Made by a program: the position numbers and the translations under genes. Positions 1 through 7,686 of a stretch of 34,475 bases of DNA are shown here, in pieces (the first letter of the stretch is position 1; each line of letters begins with the position of its first letter). The stretch spans positions 1 through 34,475 of the IMG/VR virus record IMGVR_UViG_3300030231_000538, one strand, 5' to 3'. Under the pieces are notes generated by a model. It saw nothing but the letters and a program-made list of their open reading frames with translations. It made no database searches and was not told the origin of the DNA. This stretch comes from a virus. Taxonomy: Duplodnaviria; Caudoviricetes.

Positions 1-1983
1 ATCATCAAATACATTTGGTGCAGTAAATGCAGTTTGACCAGCAGTAGCAGTTGCAGTACTTTGAGAAATACTCGTAGCAGCACCAGCACCACCACTAGAT
101 ACAGTTTGGAATGATAGCGTTCCAGATCCATCCGTAGTTAAAACTTGATCTGCTCCTCCGTCGGCCACAGGGAAAGTCAGACCTGCAAGCACTAATTGAT
201 TAGTGCTTGGGTTGTATGTTAGACCTGTATCAACTTTGATTGCTTCATTGCCAGATGATGAATCAACAAAAGCAAGGAAATGTGTTGAGTTATCAGATAC
301 AGCAGTAACACCAACTAATGATGCAGCACCAGCAGTTAGACTTCCACTATTGACCCAAGCAGTATCCGTACCATCAGATGAAAGAACTTGACCTGATGTT
401 CCGAATGCATCGTCTCCATCATAAAGTTTACCATTAACGTGTACGTCTCCTACAACAGTAGCAATACCAGCAACACGAAGGTTTCTACCAGCAGTGATGT
501 CTGTTCTTGCTGTAACAATACCAATAGAATCAATATTAGTTACATCTTCATATGTCAACACTCCACCGATTGTTACATCGCCTGTGAAGGTCGCAGCAAC
601 ACCAGTAATATTTCTTACAGTAACGTCTGGAGTTCCAGTCAATCCACCAGCAGTACCAGATGTATTACCTGTTACATTACCAGTAACATTACCAACTAAG
701 TTACCTGTAAATGTGGTAGCACTTAGATTTCCTTGACTTGGATTATATGTAAATCCTGAGTCTGTTTCAACACCTTGAGTTCCAGAAGCACCATCAACAA
801 ATACTGGGAATAAACTGTTGTTCTCACTATCATTCGCAGTTACTGTTACTGAGGTTGCTAGGTCAGCTGTACCAGTCAGGTCACCAGTAACATTACCAGT
901 AACATCTCCAACAACGCCACCAGAGGCAGTTATAGCACCTGTGGTTGTAGTTACACCTGATATACTTACATTGTCTAGGTTAGTATGTCCATCTACGTCC
1001 AGAACCCCATTAGCGGTCACATTAGTAAATGTACCAGCATTAGGTGTAGAACCACCAATAACTGAGTTATCAATTGTACCAGCATTTATGTCTGCAGTGG
1101 TAGCAACCAAAGACCCAATCGTACCTAAACTTGTTAGGGATGAGTTGATAATACCAGCACCCAGTCCGTCAGCACCAAGAACAGTAGTATTGTTTATCTT
1201 ATAAACTTTACTTGATGCTACGTTTATATTCTCAGAAGATCCAAAGTTATCACCAGTTGCTTCAAATTGCCAAGACTTATCTCCATCTCCAGAGTCAATG
1301 GTTATACCAGCACCATCAGCAGCAGCATCGTTAGCAGCACCTGTGGCAACCTGTATATTCTTATCATCAATGTTTACAACGGTAGAATTTATAGTTGTAG
1401 TTGTACCATCAACTTGTAGATTACCTGCAATTACAACACTACCTGTATTGTCTCCTACAGCAGAGGGATCTATTGTTAGGGTTGCTGGACCTGAAATAGT
1501 ATTTCCAGTTATCCTAATCGCAGATCCTTCTGCACCAGTATAGAAAGCAGTACCTGTTACGATACCTGTTGATACTATTGTGTCAGCAGTTATTTCTCCT
1601 GATATATTACCAGTAACATTACCAGTAAGGTTACCAATAAATCCACCACTACCTGTTACTGCTCCACCAAACGTTGTTATACCTGCTACACTTACATTGT
1701 CAAGATTGGCATGTCCATCAACATCAAAATATCCTGATAAATCTAAGTTGCCATTTAAATCTGTATTACCATCTACTCGTAAACTTTGTGATACTACATT
1801 TTCTGTTGATAAACCAACTTCTCTTACTGTAGTTCCGACCCCAACACCTGCTACACCTGCTGCAATGAATACTTTACCGTCTGCTGTATTGATTGCAAAT
1901 TCCCCTAAATCCAGTGTAGTAGGGTAATGTGGAACTTTGCCAACGACACTAGATCGTTTTATCTTTATCTTTGGATTTGCCAT
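1..1983 (-). CDS. Long tail fibre-like protein, partial (runs off the left edge; missing from the supplied ORF track)
   Basis: ATG at 1983, open for 661 codons to base 1: MANPKIKIKRSSVVGKVPHYPTTLDLGEFAINTADGKVF... This N-terminus is typical of cyanophage fibres (Mtd_N-like). The body is Gly/Thr/Val-rich, with GNVTGN repeats, two DVDGH(A/T)NLDNVS repeats and two xTYNPS modules. A late promoter lies upstream. Confidence 0.88.
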   Translation of the reverse strand, partial: MANPKIKIKRSSVVGKVPHYPTTLDLGEFAINTADGKVFIAAGVAGVGVGTTVREVGLSTENVVSQSLRVDGNTDLNGNLDLSGYFDVDGHANLDNVSVAGITTFGGAVTGSGGFIGNLTGNVTGNISGEITADTIVSTGIVTGTAFYTGAEGSAIRITGNTISGPATLTIDPSAVGDNTGSVVIAGNLQVDGTTTTINSTVVNIDDKNIQVATGAANDAAADGAGITIDSGDGDKSWQFEATGDNFGSSENINVASSKVYKINNTTVLGADGLGAGIINSSLTSLGTIGSLVATTADINAGTIDNSVIGGSTPNAGTFTNVTANGVLDVDGHTNLDNVSISGVTTTTGAITASGGVVGDVTGNVTGDLTGTADLATSVTVTANDSENNSLFPVFVDGASGTQGVETDSGFTYNPSQGNLSATTFTGNLVGNVTGNVTGNTSGTAGGLTGTPDVTVRNITGVAATFTGDVTIGGVLTYEDVTNIDSIGIVTARTDITAGRNLRVAGIATVVGDVHVNGKLYDGDDAFGTSGQVLSSDGTDTAWVNSGSLTAGAASLVGVTAVSDNSTHFLAFVDSSSGNEAIKVDTGLTYNPSTNQLVLAGLTFPVADGGADQVLTTDGSGTLSFQTVSSGGAGAATSISQSTATATAGQTAFTAPNVFDD

Positions 1984-2023
1984 TCTGGTATATACCTATT
2001 GGAACAGTATGTACTGTCGAAGA

Positions 2024-2030
2024 TATTTAT
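2024..2030 (-). promoter_or_regulatory. T4-type late promoter ATAAATA for the tail fibre gene
   Basis: tatttat on + reads ATAAATA on -, about 40 nt upstream of the ATG at 1983. The same motif precedes other structural genes in the window. Confidence 0.7.
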
Positions 2031-2038
2031 GTTATAAT
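2030..2038 (+). promoter_or_regulatory. Sigma70-like extended -10 promoter (TGTTATAAT) for the + strand four-gene operon
   Basis: Perfect TGnTATAAT about 20 nt upstream of ATG 2058, followed by an SD-like AGGTG (2047-2051). No convincing -35. Confidence 0.6.
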
Positions 2039-2057
2039 TAGATTATAGGTGCTGATT

Positions 2058-2759
2058 ATGATGACAAAAACTCTCGCTGTTCTAACGGGACCGCAAGGTT
2101 CGGGCAACCACCTCTGGTCCAAGATTTTTTCTTTGCACGAAGATGTTTTTGGTTGGAAGAGTCTACTCGATAATTATTGGGAAGCTCACCGTTTTTCAGA
2201 ACCCTTTGCGGAACATTGGAAGGATCCGTCCACTCTGCATAAATTTGACTGGTCGCAAAGTCAATATTACTTTACCTCTATAAGCATTCCACTTGGCATA
2301 GAAAATAAAGGGACTAAATGGTGTCCAAACGTGATGCAGTTTTGCATAAATGCTCAGTTGTGTGGTGTCAAGACTAAGATTTTAGTCATAGGTAGAGATC
2401 AGACTATACTTAAAAATCAACAAAACAGAATAAGAGAAGAGTCTACTGTACGACACTTCCTAGACCAACTGCCTGATTTTGAAAAACCAACATATCTAAG
2501 TTATGAACTACTTTATCTTTACAAGCAAGAGTATCTAAAATCATTAGATGTTGGATTCCCTATAGCATGGTATGATAAAAGAGTGAATGAAATACTAGAA
2601 CAAGATGCTAATGCAAAATATATCAACTACGTAGAACATAACAATCTAGACGACGGTAATAAAACTGGTGTTCCTTTTCTAACAAATCCTAATAAAATGG
2701 ATGAAAATACATCAGGAGATTACCTCCCTTGTTGTGGAGATAAACCATGTCATTGTTAA
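2058..2759 (+). CDS. Sulfotransferase-fold / P-loop-like protein, paralog 1
   Basis: N-terminal LAVLTGPQGSGNHLWSKIFSLH resembles the sulfotransferase 5'-PSB loop (GxPRSGTxLLxxxLxxH). IGRD resembles the 3'-PB strand. ATG 2058 or 2061 is preferred over GTG 2049 because of SD spacing. The ORF is secure; the function is not. Confidence 0.6.
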   Translation: MMTKTLAVLTGPQGSGNHLWSKIFSLHEDVFGWKSLLDNYWEAHRFSEPFAEHWKDPSTLHKFDWSQSQYYFTSISIPLGIENKGTKWCPNVMQFCINAQLCGVKTKILVIGRDQTILKNQQNRIREESTVRHFLDQLPDFEKPTYLSYELLYLYKQEYLKSLDVGFPIAWYDKRVNEILEQDANAKYINYVEHNNLDDGNKTGVPFLTNPNKMDENTSGDYLPCCGDKPCHC

Positions 2760-3445
2760 AAAATACTATATGTATGGTTCCAACAAGAATTGGTTCTGAA
2801 AGATTTAAGAAAAAACAACTTGCTATGATTGATGGAAAATCTCTTCTCGAATGGGGTATATCCATAGCTAAAAATGTTTTTGATCATGTTATAGTAAATG
2901 GTGACCATGATGTATTCAACTGTATTGCATCTAAAAATGATGTAGAATATTATGGAAGACCTAAAGAATTAGGATCAAGTTTTACAAAGTCGGATGATGT
3001 TATCTTTGATTTTTTATCAAAGCATAAATGCGAAAATATTATATGGTTAAATACAATTGCTCCACTGCAACCAATATCTGATGTCAAGGGATTTGCTAAT
3101 TCGCTTGTAAATTTTGATTCTCAGTTTGCAATAAAAAAAGAATACATACAAACACTTTATAAAGGCAAACCATTAAACTATGATGAGAAAAATAAATTTA
3201 CAAAAACGCAAGACTTAGATCCTGTAGAACTTTTTGTACCGTCATTGATGGGATGGAATAGTAAAACATTCCTTTCAAATTACGATAGATATGGTAACGC
3301 ATTTTTCTGTGGTAACACTAATTACTATAAAGTATCAAAATTGTCATGCATGATTGTAAAAACTGAAGAAGATTTTCGTTTATTACGATCCATTGTTAAT
3401 GGTATTGATTCTTATCATGATGAAATTGAATATGAAAAACAATAA
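2747..3445 (+). CDS. Cytidylyltransferase of the CMP-NeuAc/CMP-KDO synthetase (NeuA/KdsB) family
   Basis: PTRIGSERFKKKQLAMIDGKSLLEW matches PAR.GS.R...K....GKPL..W. Also RPKELG, LNTIAPL and a C-terminal TEEDF. GGAGA SD upstream. Confidence 0.8.
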   Translation: MSLLKNTICMVPTRIGSERFKKKQLAMIDGKSLLEWGISIAKNVFDHVIVNGDHDVFNCIASKNDVEYYGRPKELGSSFTKSDDVIFDFLSKHKCENIIWLNTIAPLQPISDVKGFANSLVNFDSQFAIKKEYIQTLYKGKPLNYDEKNKFTKTQDLDPVELFVPSLMGWNSKTFLSNYDRYGNAFFCGNTNYYKVSKLSCMIVKTEEDFRLLRSIVNGIDSYHDEIEYEKQ

Positions 3446-4625
3446 AATAAAAATTATAGTAATTGGAACAGGTGCTTATACTAAAGGAACCATACTTCCA
3501 GCATTACTAACTTACGCACAAAAATTTAAAGTAAATCTAAGTATTGTATTTGGTTGCAATTCTGTAGAAGGACAAACAAATATACTTAGGGAGGCAGAAT
3601 CTCTAAAGACCTTGTTGGGAGTGGATGTAAAAATAGAATCTGTTTTGAATATAGATGAAGGTAGTTTACCCAATAAAAAACATACAGTTCTAGAAAATTG
3701 TATAGGATTTAATAGATGGAATTACGATGTAGTAGCAGGTATAGTAGCAACACCAGACGAATTTCATTACAAATGGATAAAACAATTTATCCTCAATAAA
3801 GTACCAGTGCTCTCAGTAAAACCACTTACACTATCACTAAAAGAATCTTTAGAACTAACAAAAATAGCAAAAAAATTACAAGTTCCTGCTTTTGTAGAAT
3901 TTCATAAAAGATACGATAGACAACTTAGATATGCTAAAGATGAGTATTCTACATTAGGAGAGTTACTTTACTGTTACACTGAGTATACACAAAGAAAAAC
4001 AATACGAGAAGATACTTTTAGAAAGTGGTCAAACAAAACAAATATATTTTCATACCTTGGAGTACACTATGTGGATGCCATAAGATATATTACTAAAGCA
4101 ACACCAATAAAAGTATCAGCAACTGGACAAAAACAGTATCTCATAGATAAATCAATAGACACCTACGATAGTATTCAAGCAAATATACTATGGAAAACTA
4201 ACTTTCAATGGCTTGGAAGTGGGTTTGATTGTTATGAATGGAATACTAGAGAAATAACATTTAATCAAACTATCAATTGTAGTTGGGTTGAATCGAATTA
4301 TTCATCATCAGTATCAGCACAAAACCTCAACCTTGTATTTGCAAATGGTAGAATAAATTGCGAACAAAAAGATAGAGGATTATCCATACTAAGAAAAGAT
4401 GAGAGTACAGAACACATCAATCCAGATTTTTGTAGAAGGTATGGTAATACTTTTGAAGGTTATGGCATAGATGCTTATATCAACTTCATACATTGCATAT
4501 CAGAGAATCCATTAGGTATAATGGATGATAGAATGTGTTCTTTTGAAGAGGCATGTATTTCTACTTCTGTCATAGAAGCAGCAAACAAAAGTCTAAAAAA
4601 CAATTCTAAATGGATAAAGTTATGA
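3432..4625 (+). CDS. Gfo/Idh/MocA family NAD(P)-dependent oxidoreductase
   Basis: KIIVIGTGAY Rossmann motif, VATPDEFH, VLSVKP (EKP position), EFHKRYD and LGVHYVD (HxxD). Likely start is ATG 3432 (MKNNKIK), overlapping the end of the previous gene. Confidence 0.85.
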   Translation: MKNNKIKIIVIGTGAYTKGTILPALLTYAQKFKVNLSIVFGCNSVEGQTNILREAESLKTLLGVDVKIESVLNIDEGSLPNKKHTVLENCIGFNRWNYDVVAGIVATPDEFHYKWIKQFILNKVPVLSVKPLTLSLKESLELTKIAKKLQVPAFVEFHKRYDRQLRYAKDEYSTLGELLYCYTEYTQRKTIREDTFRKWSNKTNIFSYLGVHYVDAIRYITKATPIKVSATGQKQYLIDKSIDTYDSIQANILWKTNFQWLGSGFDCYEWNTREITFNQTINCSWVESNYSSSVSAQNLNLVFANGRINCEQKDRGLSILRKDESTEHINPDFCRRYGNTFEGYGIDAYINFIHCISENPLGIMDDRMCSFEEACISTSVIEAANKSLKNNSKWIKL

Positions 4626-5260
4626 CAACCGTAGTGCTACCAATGAAAAAATTATTGATTGTTGCTGGTCCACAAGGATCTGGTAACCATTTGTTTGCTA
4701 GATTATTATCAGCACATCCTAGCGTTGTAGGATGGGACTCACTAAAGGACAACTACTGGGTTCCTAGTGATGAAGAACCCTTTGCTAGATTCTGGGTGAA
4801 TCCAGAAGAACTAACCTTTCCAGAAGGAGAGTTCTTTTGTGCCAATGTCAGTGTACCTTTCTTCTATGATGGTGTTAGACAAGTTCCTAAAATAAAAGAG
4901 GTTGCACAGAAAGCTATGTCGCTAGGTGTACAACCAATTATTGCTCTTATAGTAAGAGATAGAAATATAAACGAACTACAACAAAAACGTGTAGGTGGCG
5001 AAGTAACTATGGATACTGCCCTTGAGTACTTCAAGGATCTAACATGTCACTTCATTGACCATGAGGCATTCTTCTTATGGAAAGAAAAATATATTGAATA
5101 CCTTGGTAGGATATTGGAATTTCCTGTGACAACAAAAAACATCGACAATTTTGTAACTGTCGATGCTAATCATAAGTATGTCTTTCCAGTGCAAGAGCAC
5201 TGGTTAGACAAAAGTATTCGTGAAGGTCGTAAACCTTTTATACAACGGCTAAAGGAGTAG
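4622..5260 (+). CDS. Sulfotransferase-fold / P-loop-like protein, paralog 2
   Basis: LLIVAGPQGSGNHLFARLLSAHP, GWDSLKDNYW, EPFA, IVRD..I...QQKR and DANHKY are all shared with 2058-2759. ATGA overlap with the oxidoreductase stop; an alternative start is at 4643. Confidence 0.6.
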   Translation: MTTVVLPMKKLLIVAGPQGSGNHLFARLLSAHPSVVGWDSLKDNYWVPSDEEPFARFWVNPEELTFPEGEFFCANVSVPFFYDGVRQVPKIKEVAQKAMSLGVQPIIALIVRDRNINELQQKRVGGEVTMDTALEYFKDLTCHFIDHEAFFLWKEKYIEYLGRILEFPVTTKNIDNFVTVDANHKYVFPVQEHWLDKSIREGRKPFIQRLKE

Positions 5261-5912
5261 CAGTGTTCTGATTGCTGATCTCAAGAAGATCTGTTCTCAT
5301 TTTCTCTACAAGTGAGAGAACATGTGATTGAAGTGCTTCGCTACCTTCTACAATTTTAGAAAGTGTACGTCCACCTAAGTTTGAGTGGAATCCTTCATCT
5401 TTAGCAATAGTTGCATAACGTGAGGAGATAAACTTATCTTCTACACATTCTGCCATTTCATTCCATACTGCTTCTGCTCTTCCTTCTGCAACCAATTGGT
5501 ATGCAGCAAGTGCAGCAACGTCATCTGATGCTTCATACTTATCAAGTAGTGATGCACCTTTCGCTTGTGGCTTTTCTGCCTCTGCAGCGAATGCAGCAGC
5601 AACATCTAGTTCTTCACCAGTGATGTGCTCGATTACTTCCTTTACCATACGGAAGTGCTTTGCTTCGTCCATAGCTTGACGGCTTAGAAGTTCTAAGTCT
5701 TTTACGTCTGTAGAAGGATCTGCGGATGCAACTTGACCAGCGATAGCGTACATGTTCTGAGCTTCGTTGACCATACGTCCACGGAAGTGCTCGACTAGAT
5801 ACTCATCACTTGGCTTAGAAGCGAAGAAACGACGAACGTTTGAGCGTGATGCTTCAAACAACTCACTGTTTCCTTCCTTGATCTTCTTGACGAAATCTGT
5901 TCCAGAAAGCAT
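5238..5912 (-). CDS. Ferritin-like four-helix-bundle diiron protein
   Basis: All-helical composition with the canonical ligand pattern E (NEAQ) ... DEAKH ... E (AEGRA) ... DEGFH. Codon usage is of the highly expressed type (TTC, AAC, ATC, AAG, CGT). Confidence 0.78.
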   Translation of the reverse strand: MLSGTDFVKKIKEGNSELFEASRSNVRRFFASKPSDEYLVEHFRGRMVNEAQNMYAIAGQVASADPSTDVKDLELLSRQAMDEAKHFRMVKEVIEHITGEELDVAAAFAAEAEKPQAKGASLLDKYEASDDVAALAAYQLVAEGRAEAVWNEMAECVEDKFISSRYATIAKDEGFHSNLGGRTLSKIVEGSEALQSHVLSLVEKMRTDLLEISNQNTATPLAVV

Positions 5913-5936
5913 TTTAAATTTTTCCTATCTACAGAT

Positions 5937-6455
5937 TTATTTAGCAAATATGAAAAAGTATCTTAGATCTCCTTGAACAGTATACTCCTTTTCCATTTGC
6001 TTTATCTCATAATCATATCTCTCAGCAATATCATAAATTTTATCTAAAGACCATGGATACCACTCAACATCTCCATAGTCTGCCCAAGCATGTGGTATAC
6101 CAGGATTGACTCTAAAAATTGCTTCCTTTCTCCATAGAGTATGAAGTTTCTCTAACTGATGATCTACATCGCCAAAATTTATAGACCCCAAACACAATGC
6201 TATCTCAAATGGTGCTGAAATATAATTTTCAACAGACACTTTGATATCAGCAGCATCATTATATGGATCTATACCAACTAGATTTTTTATCTTTCCTTTG
6301 AATCTGTTGTACCCACATCCAACATCTAAGACACTAGAAGGCTTTTGAGCATTAACATAATCGACCAACTGATAGCCAGAATACTCAAGACATTTAAAAT
6401 TTTGATCTTGCCAAACACCGCTAAAGTATGTTTCTAAATTATACTTCGCCACCAT
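5937..6455 (-). CDS. Class I SAM-dependent methyltransferase (compact)
   Basis: Motif I VLDVGCGYN, acidic motif II VGIDP, and FEIALCLGSINF. Confidence 0.82.
   Translation of the reverse strand: MVAKYNLETYFSGVWQDQNFKCLEYSGYQLVDYVNAQKPSSVLDVGCGYNRFKGKIKNLVGIDPYNDAADIKVSVENYISAPFEIALCLGSINFGDVDHQLEKLHTLWRKEAIFRVNPGIPHAWADYGDVEWYPWSLDKIYDIAERYDYEIKQMEKEYTVQGDLRYFFIFAK
5938..5944 (-). promoter_or_regulatory. Late promoter CTAAATA upstream of the ferritin-like gene
   Basis: tatttag on +, embedded in the last codons (GCT AAA TAA) of the methyltransferase, about 25 nt before ATG 5912. Confidence 0.6.
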
Positions 6456-6639
6456 CCACCACTGGATCTGGATCCTCTGGTACAGATACTGGTCTATCCA
6501 ACCCCTTTACTTCTTCTTGTAAAGCCTGAATTGTTTTATTTGCAGTTATTAATTTTGCTTCAATTGCAATATTTTGTGCCAACAAGTTGTTCAATTTATT
6601 TTGATAAACTTGCAAAATAGCATTCACTTCTTCATTCAT
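6439..6639 (-). CDS. Small coiled-coil hypothetical protein (66 aa)
   Basis: Heptad-like LQVYQNKLNNLLAQNIAIEAKLITANKTIQALQEEV and an acidic tail ending DGGEV. Fills the gap between neighbours on the coding strand. Confidence 0.7.
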   Translation of the reverse strand: MNEEVNAILQVYQNKLNNLLAQNIAIEAKLITANKTIQALQEEVKGLDRPVSVPEDPDPVVDGGEV

Positions 6640-6649
6640 GTTAGATCAA

Positions 6650-6672
6650 CTAGACTATCTTATATAGTCTAG
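6650..6672. repeat. Inverted repeat CTAGACTAT-N5-ATAGTCTAG (9-bp hairpin)
   Basis: Read directly from the sequence. It overlaps the stop of 6669-7655, contains CTATATA on - (possible late promoter variant) and has no U-tract. Confidence 0.5.
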
Positions 6673-7655
6673 AACGTACCACCGTCTATTGTCACATTCT
6701 CTAGTGAGCGAGTGGTTCCTGAACAAGAAATAACTTGTGTTTGACCTGCACAATCATTGACATATAATCCACCAATTTCTAATGCAGCAGTAGAACTAAC
6801 TGTCAATACACTAGATGATTCAGATGCTTCTGCAGCAAGAACCATTCTACCAGCAGAGTCATCCCAGAATACAGCAGCTTTCTTAGCAGAACCACTGTAG
6901 TAGTTCATTATAATACCAACGTCCTTGTTAGTATCACCAGTCAATGCAGCACCATCTACAACTTGCAGTTCAAGAAGAACATCTTCTACAGTTGTGTTTA
7001 CAGTATTGATTTGCGTTACTGAACCACTAATTGTCAGATTACCACCAACAGATAAATCACTTGTTACATTCGCTGTACCAGTAACATTCAACTGAGAACC
7101 AGTAAAAGCAAGATTTGCACTATCTTCTAACTCTCCACTTGTGCCAGCAAGCACAACTCTACCTGAGGTAAGATCACTTACTTGAGCAGATGCAAACGTT
7201 GCACCAGCAGATACTACTATATCACTAGATTTTAGATATGTGATTGTACCTACACCAGTTACATTTACTGCTGCAGCACCAGCACCACCTGCAGTAGGTG
7301 CATTAGGAGCTGTGTCCCATGTCAAACCACCACTACCATCAGACTTTAAATATCCTGTATTTACTGCTGCAGCAGGAAATGTATATTCTTGATCAGAACC
7401 TATTGTAGCAGGAGCTTTTAGAGTAAGTTTATGAGCACCATTATTTGTTCCTTCAACCAAGTTGACACCAGATCCTACTGTTGTCGTTTCTTTTGTCCAG
7501 TATCGAGAAGATCCTATTAGTTGGTTATTTGATGTCGTAGAGTCAATACCAACGTACAAATCGTACTTATCGTTAGTAAAACCTGGTTCACCTGCTCTTA
7601 GACCAGGCAGACTAGCAAGATTACCTCTCTTAAACTGAAGTACTGGATTACTCAT
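6669..7655 (-). CDS. Short tail-fibre-related structural protein (328 aa)
   Basis: Mtd_N-like start (LQFKRGNLASLPGLRAGEPGF). It shares modules with the long fibre (GNLTISGSVTQINT vs GNLQVDGTTTTINS; LKSDGSGGLTW vs LTTDGSGTLSF). Ends IDGGTF. Confidence 0.75.
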   Translation of the reverse strand: MSNPVLQFKRGNLASLPGLRAGEPGFTNDKYDLYVGIDSTTSNNQLIGSSRYWTKETTTVGSGVNLVEGTNNGAHKLTLKAPATIGSDQEYTFPAAAVNTGYLKSDGSGGLTWDTAPNAPTAGGAGAAAVNVTGVGTITYLKSSDIVVSAGATFASAQVSDLTSGRVVLAGTSGELEDSANLAFTGSQLNVTGTANVTSDLSVGGNLTISGSVTQINTVNTTVEDVLLELQVVDGAALTGDTNKDVGIIMNYYSGSAKKAAVFWDDSAGRMVLAAEASESSSVLTVSSTAALEIGGLYVNDCAGQTQVISCSGTTRSLENVTIDGGTF

Positions 7656-7676
7656 TTGTTCCTATTTGCCTTGTAG

Positions 7677-7683
7677 TATTTAG
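7677..7683 (-). promoter_or_regulatory. Late promoter CTAAATA
   Basis: Intergenic tatttag about 21 nt upstream of ATG 7655. Confidence 0.7.
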
Positions 7684-7686
7684 AAA

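Noticed and set aside
203-1927. Six plus-strand ORFs in the track (62-128 aa)
   Set aside because: They are antisense shadows of the minus-strand fibre gene: Gly/Thr/Val codon bias gives stop-poor reverse frames rich in Pro/Val/Thr, with no credible motifs.
2747-3445. Assigning neuA or kdsB and a sialic acid/KDO pathway
   Set aside because: The C-terminal acidic motif is altered and no synthase partner is in the window, so only the family call is supported.
5767-5976. 69-aa plus-strand ORF
   Set aside because: Antisense to the ferritin-like gene; its Arg/Ser-rich composition is typical of a shadow frame.
6650-6672. Hairpin as an intrinsic terminator
   Set aside because: AT-rich stem without a U-tract on either strand; kept only as an inverted repeat.
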